A DNA stretch of 63,648 bases, taken from positions 1 to 63,648 of IMG/VR virus record IMGVR_UViG_3300025141_000080. One strand, written 5' to 3'. The notes beneath the pieces are model-generated. The model saw only the letters and a program-made list of their open reading frames with translations, had not been told where the DNA came from and searched no databases. The translations under genes and the position numbers were made by a program. How positions within the stretch are numbered: the first letter of the stretch is position 1; every line of letters begins with the position of its first letter. The DNA comes from a virus (taxonomy: Duplodnaviria; Caudoviricetes). Of this stretch, positions 39,801 to 49,520 are shown one piece after another.

Positions 39801-42800
39801 GTTTAACTGACTATTTTAGATTACATGCACATATGTTTGTAAAAGGGTCTACTAATGGGGATGGTTATGTTGAGACTAGAACTTTTGAAATGACCGGTAT
39901 AGATGATAACACTATAGTACAGATTTATTTCATACAAGGGTCAGTTGACTCTGTTGCTAGTCCCCAGAATGATAAGTTATTTTTACATATTCCTACTAGT
40001 GATTTTAATTCCCAAGTTACTAGTGGAACATATGGTACACCTGGTACTTTTGTAAATGCAGGTCAAATTGCGGGAGCAGCGGGATGGTCTACTAATGTAA
40101 ATCAAATTACCATACAAATTCCACAGAATCAACCTAACGCAGGCATTACCGGACCATATATTTTAGAAAGGTTATTTAATGATGTTAACAATGGTTCCAG
40201 CACCTATTTAACTAAAGGAGGTGTTACATGGGATACCTCCCTATCCTCACCAACAGAAGATGATGGATATTGGGAAATGGGGCCACCTGCAATTGCAGAT
40301 GGAGCCATATCAAATTATCAGGTAGGTACTAGTGTTAATAATAATTCTATCACTAAGGTTCTATCGGATGCAAATGGTGGGCCTAATATTAGTACAAATC
40401 CTACCCAAGATTGGCGTACTTATTCATTTAATATAGAATTACAGTTAGACTGCCAAGGTTCTACACCTAATATGGTTGAAATTATACCTCTGGTGCCAGC
40501 TTATAGTGTAGGTACAACCATTAGTACTAGTTCTGCTGTACCGGTTACACAACCATGTCCCGTTAATCCAGCGGCTCTTCCTTTACCAAGAATGGGAATA
40601 GTGCAACCCGAATCCGTCAGTATGTCTACATTACAAGCGAGTGGTGGTGCTGTACGTATAACATTACAAGACATCGTAAACCAAAGCGGAGAGAATTTAT
40701 CACCGTATAATTATGAGATTACCCAATCCCAAGTTTATATTGTAGAAAACACACCCAATTTCAATACTAGTAATGAAATAGAATATAATAACCCAGCTCT
40801 TGCAACCCCGGATGGTGTTAATACTTTTAGACCAACATATAAAACTTTTATAGATAGTAGTGGAAATGAAGTAACTCAACTTAATTGGTTACAAGAAAAA
40901 GCAGATAATTTAGGAGATGGTAAATTAGTTATAAGTTTTGTTGACGAACCACAGAGAGATTCTTTTGAAAGAAATTTAAAAATAAAACAAATAGGTAATG
41001 TAGAAACTACCACAACATCCAACGGGATATACGTCCCACCTGCTAGAGGAGCGAGCAGTACTAGAACCCGTAATAGTATTCCAGGATATAAGACAGAAAA
41101 AATAAAAGATACATATGGAGGTTTAAGTGATTGGATAGTAAGGTCTGTTGGACCTAATTTATTTGGTGACACTAAGGTTATCTATAATGAAAACGGCACA
41201 TTTAATAGTTTCGAAATTAGAAAATCACCAAAAACTCGACAAAAAGTAGGTTGGGCACCAATAGATAATACCAGTAAAGAAATTTTTGCTTCTACTTATA
41301 GTTCGTGGGGAGAATTTAAAGAAGCATTTAAAACCACATCTATAAGTGGTATAACTACGGATGCATATACAGGCTATACTAATTTTAGTGCTTATACCGA
41401 TAGTAGAGGCAATTGTTTGTCTTCAGATTTAGTATTTGATTTACACTTTCCATTTTCTGCATTTACAGGAACAACGGTAGTACCAGTTTACAGACATTAT
41501 TCAGGTGATACATTAATGCCCCAAAGAGTTATTACTGATAGTGAGGGTGTTGACGAATTAGACCCACGAAACCGAAGTTATACATATATTGGAACCAAAG
41601 ACCGTGGTATAACACCAATGATTTTACCACCAGTTTTAGCATATAATGACGGTCCTATTAATTTACCACGTGGACCTGAGAATTATTTATACTATGAAGT
41701 TCCAGAAACAACATCGTATAGATTCCAATACAAAGCTTGTTTATATTTTAATTATGAAGATACGGGTTATTGTGATTACTTAAACAATTATAGAAACTTA
41801 ACCCAAGGAACATTCCCATCAAATGATATGGAATACAAGCAATTAATAAATTCTGCATTAATTTATCAAGGAGGTCCTCTAGATGACAGTAATCTACAAT
41901 ATGCAGAAGGTACAATCGCCAAAACATACACCAACACAGCAAAGTATGGTAGGAAAAACACTCCTACCTTTGGGTTTAATAGTGGTGAAGGTATCCAAAA
42001 CTTTAAAGCCAGAGTTTACTTGGAGAATACTTTATCTGGAACCAGTTCGGCAGTAACTATGACTGAATTTACTGTAGGATTAAACGAATTAAGTTCGCCG
42101 GACGCTAATGAATACTTAACGTTGGAAATCCTACCAACAGATAATGAAACTAATTACTATAATTGTAGTGGAAGTACCAATATCTTTACTAGAAAATTTG
42201 ATATCTATTTGGATAGTGATGTGGTAAACCTTACTAAAGGAGATGTGGTTAAACTAAAATTAGAGACACAATTTATGTGTACTACTAAAAATATTAATAC
42301 AGGATACACTAGTAATATTAAATTATCTTTAGGACAAGACACTTATAGTACTACCGATTGGGTTTACAAACCGTGGTATAGAATTACTCATTACCCATCT
42401 ACCGCTATTACTACAACACAGAAATTTTATTGGAATCCTATAAAAAAAGCAAGAGCAGCAACTTATGTAAGTGGAGGTACCGCAATAAGTGTGGCTGAAA
42501 CAGGAACTTTATCATTAGTGGGAAGAAGAAAGTCTAGTGAGGTAGTATACTCTAATAATGAATTAAACACTGCAAGATTTAATAACTTAACTTTCTTGGA
42601 TATTCCTACTAAAGACTATGTGGGACCATTAACTCTAATTCCTACAACTAAACCTACGAATTATTGGGTAAAGGCAATCGAAAATAGGGAAGACGAAACA
42701 CTTACTCCACGTATTACAGACTACTATATTCAGGCAGACACTATGGTACAAAGAGATTGTATCGGATATAATTGTGATTCTGTTTATTGGAATGTACCAA

Positions 42801-43387
42801 TCTCTGACCACAATCAAATAAACGACCCATTCTCCAATCCACGAAATACTCTTATAGTTCAGAATAGAGTTAGGGTAAAAGGAAAGAATGACGTTACTAC
42901 GGTATATAATGCTTATAATCCTACAGTAGATAACGAAATTTCTAATTATAATGTAACTCCTAACCCAAGAACTACTTTTGATACTATTGAGATTGTAAGT
43001 CAAAATTGTAAGACAGATGAAGATAAAACAATATACTTTAAAGATAATTCACTTATCATTGATGGAAAAGTAGTGGATATTCAATCTAATAGTTATGATA
43101 TTTCTACACCTAGTAATAATCCTTTACGAAAAGAATACTGTAAATGTGGGAGTGATACCTATATAGAAGTAAATCCGAGTTCATTAGAAGGATGTCTTAC
43201 ATGGTGTTGTGCAAATGCACCTAAGAAGGGATATACCAATGATATTTACGGGTGTGCAGAAACAACTGTTACCCAGAGAGAATTTATAAATAAATTAGGT
43301 CCATCATCTATTAATTATGGAGGAGCGACTGATAAACCTAAAGGCGTGGTGTTAGGTAAAGACCCTAAACAACCTAAAATAATATAA
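33899..43387 (+). CDS. giant baseplate wedge protein (gp7/P2 gpI-like N-terminal part) with long adhesin-like extension (vWA-like and CBM5/12-like modules)
   Basis: LSNFAHTLGW...LFKTKGTRKGIEFLLRFVG (Tail_P2_I-like). DIFVYYDSTSM...VLNIVLQDE vWA-like. WSPTRQYSQGDMVLGYHG ChtBD3-like. Confidence 0.7.
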   Translation: MANGYNNIGSGSDTFGDKLVGQQFTDATAQFTLGNFGITSGAKAKDSREFSFGNFSEPITLSTLNFTSTEEARKAASNSLEVFINYDRSKVSNFVLYGSLRDRLRVAVNNVIKNFPAALVFTKLRKNFLTGNTATNIVFDAIENETTLNLELLNVDNPFSIDFTKIGKVYTDPDANPLRNLTQLYGKYSLFIRDQEYPLTFITPTTGNTVTDTLSIEVYGNPFTGQTATTENFYIKPNTHETEEIFNKLEDVEKFLIERDTVPIYTSKFDIPSQTDSGQFVQNTTSITWPSTNNWNLQITGASFNVYLSKLLDVADTFDAYKTNLVSRFLTTASFKEFDTEDEKVDQILKIYGRSFDNIKTYIEGLAYMTNVTYDSKNNIPNEILSNFAHTLGWKTPSAIETEGFLESILKRGNSEYAGEAQTKTPTELNSELYRRLLVNTSYLFKTKGTRKGIEFLLRFVGAPEALIEFNEHVYVAGQKINMNKFNQRMGVISGGSYVEETIINNQFFSAATPTFPPVIVTGYTFGTQPVTIDTTVTRAQFPVSSQGYPLAPTFNENGFFQAGAGWFEETVEHRGKEMVNLATSVFTGNTPNVKTKLNKFSYGEPYLDLYRNFPDTNLGFDIIRTTDNKKSWVYKEDKQSKRLYTFEDRGTRYFTTDERLVINVKNVDLFLNVGQGLTWDVWNMSNKFGCPFGKDPLGAPYPDVDGPDWTQIQIDASKMPFVEFSDQFWQILINVKNRQTIDDGHAGGYPTLLSIYLDYLNSDVACGIPSNKYTYQKMIDYIEGIGDYWIRLVEQFVPATTIWQGGTRFENSEFHRYKYAYKHEPLCDDLECFGSFIECTGPNFNQQLVDGFLGCQGTIFSGATWSNRLTLGGTVYNGSAGGGIYYSSTTLSDIPSTQNWLDDVISILSGITQDISDPNNSLTWYVFDDTPTDPDLPPIDNPKTIIVQGPCSGGTDMWNALNGPDPHYFSLETCLDMDVQRTSSIGANTDIFVYYDSTSMGQAVANNAKTTISTWTAGMTDWTGNLYHIVTKNERWLCNVQYPWTGQMNCRGPFNNNFNDGITWGEWSNFCELPNPNSDPYGLPMTISTTNDYNASYGNVAGSIIGWTGGSKDVLNIVLQDETEFMYHGARRNIGPSGDVLCYGFASSSTGPGFGVNAPVGDVEDWNSGANSNWAIRGPAIRIGITNQGCPPYPMKIPGYPNTFENPFNSNYVQPGSAYGGVSAGADGVGNASGHGLGGGFPRFTVLNSGSNAYPIGGGLAPDPTITSVIQPTIPYSADFYTFRHIYTNFDNFKAFVYPIVRDSQAARTSFPLHVYGAMERNTVGLDVLKVNPTVDALGGSFSAITKYNPYSGLTMYKSLYPDQATSAVTIINTIASTVTGYTATTCFISGATWGPGTPALVTNQPSGIFEYSCDANGDPATGTVWTANFDSAVADLQINYTGMTADGRNESIYSLTGSTPEFAVNTGATANQLACQNPPKCFYSADTTYKVYVSNAGLAPDLGPNVLTATTSIELGRLEMNCSGLDSGLESFGWGWQHNLGPTGTRTQTTQPNGCSFTNVTQNGVSIANSNPTYSNSSGVVGPLAGNDSAFFTGDVFLNDLNSFLSGDTVGAVTGCTICLPTCTAGCEDAETWSPTRQYSQGDMVLGYHGDCFIMIEMGPSYTSNPEYNWNSENPGITKQWNRLNDGMGIPFLGGNNFRPADDCTDFEEVIIPENPGGTGNTTTTSPPIFKDGIFNVGGQDCFESRYSPCLAGANPSSNICACDAIDDNTEFEYRVGNIVCCPEGTSGYIAGVKWILQAQSTTVPPYNCGQQIFSYDSFCENYVEGSTPTDGCWTPCTEMVAMLPSITSQNELRKETLSLIVNDPEDPCNPTVTGQGTSGSLPTGGDGGREDPIDPEPGLCNCISNNTTTLELNMTQIPWGDIPPAVMNFRMGNSNPDYGDTDLANSLYHGPNKSNCYQANMSLCCLTDYFRLHAHMFVKGSTNGDGYVETRTFEMTGIDDNTIVQIYFIQGSVDSVASPQNDKLFLHIPTSDFNSQVTSGTYGTPGTFVNAGQIAGAAGWSTNVNQITIQIPQNQPNAGITGPYILERLFNDVNNGSSTYLTKGGVTWDTSLSSPTEDDGYWEMGPPAIADGAISNYQVGTSVNNNSITKVLSDANGGPNISTNPTQDWRTYSFNIELQLDCQGSTPNMVEIIPLVPAYSVGTTISTSSAVPVTQPCPVNPAALPLPRMGIVQPESVSMSTLQASGGAVRITLQDIVNQSGENLSPYNYEITQSQVYIVENTPNFNTSNEIEYNNPALATPDGVNTFRPTYKTFIDSSGNEVTQLNWLQEKADNLGDGKLVISFVDEPQRDSFERNLKIKQIGNVETTTTSNGIYVPPARGASSTRTRNSIPGYKTEKIKDTYGGLSDWIVRSVGPNLFGDTKVIYNENGTFNSFEIRKSPKTRQKVGWAPIDNTSKEIFASTYSSWGEFKEAFKTTSISGITTDAYTGYTNFSAYTDSRGNCLSSDLVFDLHFPFSAFTGTTVVPVYRHYSGDTLMPQRVITDSEGVDELDPRNRSYTYIGTKDRGITPMILPPVLAYNDGPINLPRGPENYLYYEVPETTSYRFQYKACLYFNYEDTGYCDYLNNYRNLTQGTFPSNDMEYKQLINSALIYQGGPLDDSNLQYAEGTIAKTYTNTAKYGRKNTPTFGFNSGEGIQNFKARVYLENTLSGTSSAVTMTEFTVGLNELSSPDANEYLTLEILPTDNETNYYNCSGSTNIFTRKFDIYLDSDVVNLTKGDVVKLKLETQFMCTTKNINTGYTSNIKLSLGQDTYSTTDWVYKPWYRITHYPSTAITTTQKFYWNPIKKARAATYVSGGTAISVAETGTLSLVGRRKSSEVVYSNNELNTARFNNLTFLDIPTKDYVGPLTLIPTTKPTNYWVKAIENREDETLTPRITDYYIQADTMVQRDCIGYNCDSVYWNVPISDHNQINDPFSNPRNTLIVQNRVRVKGKNDVTTVYNAYNPTVDNEISNYNVTPNPRTTFDTIEIVSQNCKTDEDKTIYFKDNSLIIDGKVVDIQSNSYDISTPSNNPLRKEYCKCGSDTYIEVNPSSLEGCLTWCCANAPKKGYTNDIYGCAETTVTQREFINKLGPSSINYGGATDKPKGVVLGKDPKQPKII

Positions 43388-43390
43388 TTA

Positions 43391-46300
43391 ATGTCCACAA
43401 CAAGTACTTACATACCAGGAGCTCCCTTTATTAGGTCTTATAATGTTTCTCCAACAACACAAGGCGCTAATAATGGTAGTATACTTAATGTGACTATCAC
43501 CGGAGGAACCCCACCTTATAGTGTGGTATGGAATGGAGGAACTCCTCCTGGGTCATATACTACTACTGGTTTGACGTTAACTAGTTTAGCAAGTGCTTCT
43601 TATAGTGGTACGGTAACAGACACCCAATCATCTGCATCTACTACAGTTATAGAAGTACCTGCAACCCCTATAGTGGCCTTTACAGCTTCTACTACGGTGA
43701 GTGCTTGTACTAACAACATCAATAAATTTTGTCAAGTAACCGTGTCCGCTTTTACCCATACTCAATGGCCATTTTATTATGAACTATATAAAGATGGTGA
43801 TTTATTTGAGACTTATGTGGGACGAGAGGTTGGTGATGAGTTTCATGTATTTGATGATTTACCACAAGGATTTTATAGTTTAACCGCTTATGATGGAAAT
43901 ATGGTAAAATATAGAAGCACACCAATAGAAGGAGTTGGTGGATGTGTTGGTGGAGAAATTGCTACTTCATATACAGGATTGTCGGCTGAATATCTATTTA
44001 AAAATTATGATTACTATCAACCCTTCTCTAAAGGTTTTATACAATTTATAAATGGTAGAGGGCCCGGAGCTATTACTGGTGCTACTGTTAATTTTCCTAC
44101 AGGTTTATTAAAAAATGGTACAATAGATGTGGACAATCCATATGCATGGTTCTACACAGGTGATACCGGTAATAGAAAAACAGATTCTACATTTAACTGG
44201 TATATGGGAGTTTCTGCAGCAACTACACAAGAAGGTGTTGATATAGGACCAACAGCTTTGGTATCAACAATAGGGAGTAACAATACAGAAAGTGGAAAAT
44301 TTTATTGGAATCCTTTAATAAATAAATTTGTAGGGTTCGATTGTCTAGATGATACTACTTTTGGGTGGGTTACATTTAACCCATCAACACATAATGGAAG
44401 AAACAACCCAGTTGCTTCTCATTATTATACAGGAAACACATTCACATCTCTAAATCTTAATTCTGCCACATTATATCCCACTGTAACTGGTTTAACTACA
44501 AGTACAACAGGCACTAGTGTTATGTCTTCAGCTTTTATTAATGAATCACGAAACCGATTCACCTCAGCAATTAATAATATCTATCCTGTAGGGATGGTCT
44601 CCCAATGTGAATACACAAATTATGTACATGAAGTGACAATAAATTCTACAGATGGTGATGATGACACCATAGGGTTAATATTAGCAGCGATGAGGGATAA
44701 TGATGGATTATTTGGTCCACTTGGAGCATCATATGAGTTAACTATGTTTTTTCGTAACTCGAGTGTAACAGGAGCTGTTGGAGTAAGATATCAAAACATG
44801 TACGGTAATGCATACGCTTTTACAGGAAACACAAACCCAATTAGCGACTGTTCCCAAGACTCTAAGTGCCCCACACAACCATCGGATATTTTAAGCACCA
44901 CACTTATATCCAATGACATAACTAAAAGTCCTTTTAACGCAACAGCTTATAATATTCAAGGAAGTGTAAGAGTAAGGGTAGAAAGACATGGAGCACTGGG
45001 AGAAAACTTTAAAATACAAATGACCGACCAATTTGGTATAGCAGGAATTCCATTAGGAAGTACAGTAGGTTATAACCCAGCATTTGAGATTAATTTTTCT
45101 TTATTAGATAAGAGTACATGGTCCGGAAATACTGCAAGTGCAGCTAGCTACTCCAACAGTCAAGAGCTACAGAAATTTTTAGGAGCACAAAGAGTAGGGT
45201 ACTACACATCTTCACAAGAGGATAGTAATTGGTACCATATTACATTTACCGGAACTCAAACAACTGTTACTTCAGAACTAGAAGAAGTGGGACCTAATAC
45301 CTCACAAACCTTTGACTTATATTCTTCAGACACAGTAGGATTAGAAATGACAGATACTGTTGGGGTAGATTATAGTAAATCATTTGGCAATGCGGAGGTA
45401 GGAAAGGCCGAAGTACCTAGAATACAACCTACTGTCAAAGTAGAAATGCAAACCACCGAATTTCCGGAAGTAAAAATGACCGGTGCAACTAAAATAGCGG
45501 ATATCACAGAAGATTATACTGTACTCACAGATTCTATTATGACAGGACTAACTAATTGTATAAGTTTTAATTTTGAATGGACTACAAATACCCTAGATAT
45601 GATTAATGGAAATATGTATGCAAAATATAGTATACACCATTACCTCCCAACAGAAAACGAGTTCTCGACTTCCCCTATTTTTACCAGAATTTTTGACAGA
45701 CCAACCGATGTTACTGATTCGTATGTTGGTAGGAAAATAATAGGAAAAAAAATAAGTGTTAGTGATTGTGTGGAAACCCATAAACTTGACCTAGGAGATA
45801 ATTACCAGTTTTTAATAAAACCTAGTTTCATTTATACCGATAAACTAGAAAATATACAAACCACTTCGTGTAACACATATCAACCTTTTACTGCGATGAC
45901 CCACCAAACATGGTATGATAATTTAGATTTAAACGATACTCCATCTAATCAATATGGGATATATAATAAAGAAACTGATTTTTATTTTATAGCACCGTCC
46001 ACACCACCGGAAGCAAATGTAGCAACTAGTAATTTTACATATAGTGATAGTACAGGAAATATAAGATTATACAATCAACAGATAGAGGTCGCTTCGGGAA
46101 GTACGACCGGTACCACAGAAGTACCTTTATTAACTTCTGGTAAAACATATACCGTCGTATTAGACTATGTGACCGCTGGAAGTATACAGATTACATTGAA
46201 TGGATTAACCCTATTTCAAGCTTCTGACAATACTTGGAATGATGGAGATTTTTATTTTAACGGAAGTCAAGTTGTAACTTTTCCACCGGATGTGTTAGAA

Positions 46301-47008
46301 GAGTTTGATGTTATGAATTTATATTATATTCCTGGGGCCACATCCCAATCATATTATATAGAAAATTATACTATTCCTTCCCCAATTCCTACAGGAACTA
46401 CAGCAACTGACGGTAGTGCGAATAGTTTTTATACTAATTTATACTATTATTTCTATCAAACTAAATTAAATCCTAGAGGTAGTATAGGAATGACTTTAAA
46501 CGGAACGAGTTTATTAGATGGCACAGATTTTGTGAGAGTTTCAGGAAGAACATTACAATTTTTAACTTTAACTGAACCAGGAGGAATACAGGAGAATGAT
46601 ATATTAACATTATTTTATGTTACTGATATCACCTTAAGAGGTGTAGCTAATAGACAGATACCAGAGGTAAGTGTAGAATATAACTCTAATCCTATTTTTA
46701 ATGAAAAATTAATACTAGATGTTATAGACTTATCAGGAAATACAGTTCATACGGATACAAAACTATTATCTAAAAATGTATTCGGTATTCAAACTGTAGT
46801 CTTAAACGCTAAAGTACCTAAACCTGGAAACTATGAGTACGAAATAAAATCGGTAAGAGAGTATAAACTATTAAATGGTAAAACTCTTACAAAAATGAAT
46901 AAAACTTCTAGGCATCCATTTGAGATGCCAGCGTCTGTTTTTTATGATGCATCAGGAGCTTTTATAGAAAATAATAATAATACAACTTCTCCTTCCCAGT
47001 ATACATAA
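43391..47008 (+). CDS. tail fibre/adhesin-like protein with SprB-like N-terminal repeat
   Basis: PTTQGANNGSI..TITGGTPPYSVVWNGG...LTSLASASYSGTVTD (SprB repeat); DGDDDTIGLIL (TSP-C/lectin-like); two C-terminal LNG..L...DF....F...L.E.D.L.L.Y modules. Confidence 0.65.
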   Translation: MSTTSTYIPGAPFIRSYNVSPTTQGANNGSILNVTITGGTPPYSVVWNGGTPPGSYTTTGLTLTSLASASYSGTVTDTQSSASTTVIEVPATPIVAFTASTTVSACTNNINKFCQVTVSAFTHTQWPFYYELYKDGDLFETYVGREVGDEFHVFDDLPQGFYSLTAYDGNMVKYRSTPIEGVGGCVGGEIATSYTGLSAEYLFKNYDYYQPFSKGFIQFINGRGPGAITGATVNFPTGLLKNGTIDVDNPYAWFYTGDTGNRKTDSTFNWYMGVSAATTQEGVDIGPTALVSTIGSNNTESGKFYWNPLINKFVGFDCLDDTTFGWVTFNPSTHNGRNNPVASHYYTGNTFTSLNLNSATLYPTVTGLTTSTTGTSVMSSAFINESRNRFTSAINNIYPVGMVSQCEYTNYVHEVTINSTDGDDDTIGLILAAMRDNDGLFGPLGASYELTMFFRNSSVTGAVGVRYQNMYGNAYAFTGNTNPISDCSQDSKCPTQPSDILSTTLISNDITKSPFNATAYNIQGSVRVRVERHGALGENFKIQMTDQFGIAGIPLGSTVGYNPAFEINFSLLDKSTWSGNTASAASYSNSQELQKFLGAQRVGYYTSSQEDSNWYHITFTGTQTTVTSELEEVGPNTSQTFDLYSSDTVGLEMTDTVGVDYSKSFGNAEVGKAEVPRIQPTVKVEMQTTEFPEVKMTGATKIADITEDYTVLTDSIMTGLTNCISFNFEWTTNTLDMINGNMYAKYSIHHYLPTENEFSTSPIFTRIFDRPTDVTDSYVGRKIIGKKISVSDCVETHKLDLGDNYQFLIKPSFIYTDKLENIQTTSCNTYQPFTAMTHQTWYDNLDLNDTPSNQYGIYNKETDFYFIAPSTPPEANVATSNFTYSDSTGNIRLYNQQIEVASGSTTGTTEVPLLTSGKTYTVVLDYVTAGSIQITLNGLTLFQASDNTWNDGDFYFNGSQVVTFPPDVLEEFDVMNLYYIPGATSQSYYIENYTIPSPIPTGTTATDGSANSFYTNLYYYFYQTKLNPRGSIGMTLNGTSLLDGTDFVRVSGRTLQFLTLTEPGGIQENDILTLFYVTDITLRGVANRQIPEVSVEYNSNPIFNEKLILDVIDLSGNTVHTDTKLLSKNVFGIQTVVLNAKVPKPGNYEYEIKSVREYKLLNGKTLTKMNKTSRHPFEMPASVFYDASGAFIENNNNTTSPSQYT

Positions 47009-47021
47009 AAGGAGAATTATA

Positions 47022-47029
47022 ATATTTAT
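47022..47029 (+). promoter_or_regulatory. putative late promoter ATATTTAT
   Basis: Intergenic, 25 nt before ATG 47055. Confidence 0.55.
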
Positions 47030-47054
47030 AAAATAAAACTAAAATAAAAACAAA

Positions 47055-49511
47055 ATGGGAACAGGTTATATATTAAAACAAGGAAGTTCAGGTCTACTAA
47101 GTGTTAGATTAACTGATGCCGGCAGGAAAAAATTGTCACAAGGACAATTAACTCTTTCACTATTCCAACTAGGAGATAGTGAAATGTGTTACGATTGTTA
47201 TACTGACGTGTTGAATCAAACACCAGGTATATTTGTAACAGAACCAAAATGGAACGCACAAAATATTTCTAATTCTTCGTGTGAACTTAATAAAATGAAT
47301 GTAAAGTATCCGGTACCAATACTTGAAACGAGTACTGGAGCAACGTATGGTCTGTTAACTCCTGCCCACACAGAAAATGCGGTTTATAATAGAGCTAGAA
47401 CTAGAGGATTTTTTAGTGGTAACACTACAGTAGGTTTTTCAGCAATCACAAATGGTTCATATATGCACTCCAGTAATTGGTGTTTCCCACTAACCGGAAT
47501 GACTGGAGGTTCACAAATGTTACTCTATAGTGGTGCTTGTAATACAATAAATTATAACCCACAAGTTGGGGATTTAATAATGGTACAATACCAAAACCCA
47601 TTTGTTGGTAATTTCTTAAATCCTGGATGTAATAGTGGGACTCTCGATATACCTTTAAATTATCCTGCTCCTTATTTATTTTATAATGTAGTTTCTGGTG
47701 TTACAAGTGGTAGTACAGCCACCGCAATTAACATAACAGTTGATAGGGATTTACCTAATTTTAATTGGTATCACTTAAACTCTATGTTTACCGATGCTAT
47801 AAGTGCTAATACTGGTTGTGCGAAAGTAATAGTTTATCCAGCTGGAGGAATGTTAAATTTCTATGGTGCGGATACCCCAATTCCATATTGGTCTCCAGGT
47901 TCTTTATCATTTGATAATAACTGTGATGTTTCGGTTAAAGATGTGAATGTATGGAATATGAACATCAACTGGACTCAATGGGATGGAAATACAATCAATT
48001 CTGGAACGGTTGCTGGTGTAAATAGCACCACTTATGAAGATGTTAATGGTTATGGTTCTACCGGTTATTGTAGTACAAAAGAATATTTAGGTTATAATAG
48101 TGATGACGGTCAAACTGATAGTAATACTCAGGCGGATTATTATGGCTCAAATAATATCTTAGGGTATGAACCAGAATTATCCGGAACGTATGTTAGGGAT
48201 TCATTTGGTAAAATTAGAACAATTTTACCTTCTGAGCAAAGATGTATAGGTATTCTACACTACACCAACCAAACTATCTCTAATTTTTATGGTGAAAAAT
48301 TTGCATTAGAGTCAAACTATACTTTATTGAATGGTATAGGAGAAATGAGAAACTTTAAGATTCATATGCCAACATTAATGTGGCATAAAAAGAAAGGAGG
48401 AACTGAAGGTAGTGGTGATGGAACTGGAAAAGGAGATGAATGTACACTAGGCCAAACTTTTTATGTAAGTCCTCCTGGATTTACAGATAGTATATCTCAA
48501 TGTCAATTTGTTGCTTCTGTACCAAATTTAGATATGAACGAACCAGGTATTAGATACTATAATTTATGGGATGATAATTTAGCTACTACAAGTGGTGAAA
48601 CTTCTTTACCTAATAGAGTAGGTAAAGTATGGCCTGATTTACAAATTATAACTATAGATGACCAAGAATTAGTTGCTGCGATGTCTTATAAATCTAATAG
48701 AAATTGGACCTTACCTATGCCGAAATTAGAATTAATTCCAGCAGGGACTAATTGTTCAGGGTCAGTAATGGAAACTGGATTCTTTAATGGATTACCTAAC
48801 GCGGAAGTCTTACATTTTACTTATATGTTAGAAAGTACCTCTGGCTACACCTCAGGAATGCATTGTAATTATTACAACACAATTATTGGAGATACTTCAT
48901 CGGGAGCGAGAGATGTTACTGTTGCATTTGGACCGGAATTTCCATACATCCGTCCATATGATGATGACACATGTTCTTATTCTGGTACTGGGGTTCAAGT
49001 AGATAAATTGAAAGTTATTATGCAAAAAACTAGTTACGGTATAGCTCCTACTCCAGGTAGTTGGGTTGTAAATGACATAACTAGTCAGATAACTAATCAT
49101 ACTAGTGGTGCACCTATAACAGCAGGAGGATTAATTAATAGTAATTGTAGTTTCTATTTAAATTATGATGTGTATACTGGTGCAAGTACCTATACTCTTC
49201 ATGATTATATAAATGTTCCTTTAAATAACAACCAAGAACCAGGAGTCTTACAGTTTGGAGACGAATACTTTTTCTACGGTAACTTAGAAAGTGATATTAT
49301 GGCAACCATTTATGAAATGCGTTACAATATAGGGGTTAGTAGCAATCAATTTACCACATCAACCAACCCTACATGGTCCGTAACTGATAAAGTAAGAATA
49401 ACAGAAGTAGGGTTATATGACCAGTCAAAAGACTTAATGGCAATTGCAAAATTAAAAAGTCCACAAAAAAGAACAGGCGCTCAACAATTTGTTATTAAAA
49501 TAGATTATTAA
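47055..49511 (+). CDS. tail-collar/fibre attachment protein (DUF3751-like N- and C-terminal halves separated by about 700 aa)
   Basis: N-terminal LTDAGRKKLSQG...FQLGD; C-terminal ITEVGLYDQSKDLMAIAKL..P.K. Confidence 0.65.
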   Translation: MGTGYILKQGSSGLLSVRLTDAGRKKLSQGQLTLSLFQLGDSEMCYDCYTDVLNQTPGIFVTEPKWNAQNISNSSCELNKMNVKYPVPILETSTGATYGLLTPAHTENAVYNRARTRGFFSGNTTVGFSAITNGSYMHSSNWCFPLTGMTGGSQMLLYSGACNTINYNPQVGDLIMVQYQNPFVGNFLNPGCNSGTLDIPLNYPAPYLFYNVVSGVTSGSTATAINITVDRDLPNFNWYHLNSMFTDAISANTGCAKVIVYPAGGMLNFYGADTPIPYWSPGSLSFDNNCDVSVKDVNVWNMNINWTQWDGNTINSGTVAGVNSTTYEDVNGYGSTGYCSTKEYLGYNSDDGQTDSNTQADYYGSNNILGYEPELSGTYVRDSFGKIRTILPSEQRCIGILHYTNQTISNFYGEKFALESNYTLLNGIGEMRNFKIHMPTLMWHKKKGGTEGSGDGTGKGDECTLGQTFYVSPPGFTDSISQCQFVASVPNLDMNEPGIRYYNLWDDNLATTSGETSLPNRVGKVWPDLQIITIDDQELVAAMSYKSNRNWTLPMPKLELIPAGTNCSGSVMETGFFNGLPNAEVLHFTYMLESTSGYTSGMHCNYYNTIIGDTSSGARDVTVAFGPEFPYIRPYDDDTCSYSGTGVQVDKLKVIMQKTSYGIAPTPGSWVVNDITSQITNHTSGAPITAGGLINSNCSFYLNYDVYTGASTYTLHDYINVPLNNNQEPGVLQFGDEYFFYGNLESDIMATIYEMRYNIGVSSNQFTTSTNPTWSVTDKVRITEVGLYDQSKDLMAIAKLKSPQKRTGAQQFVIKIDY

Positions 49512-49520
49512 TAATTTCAA

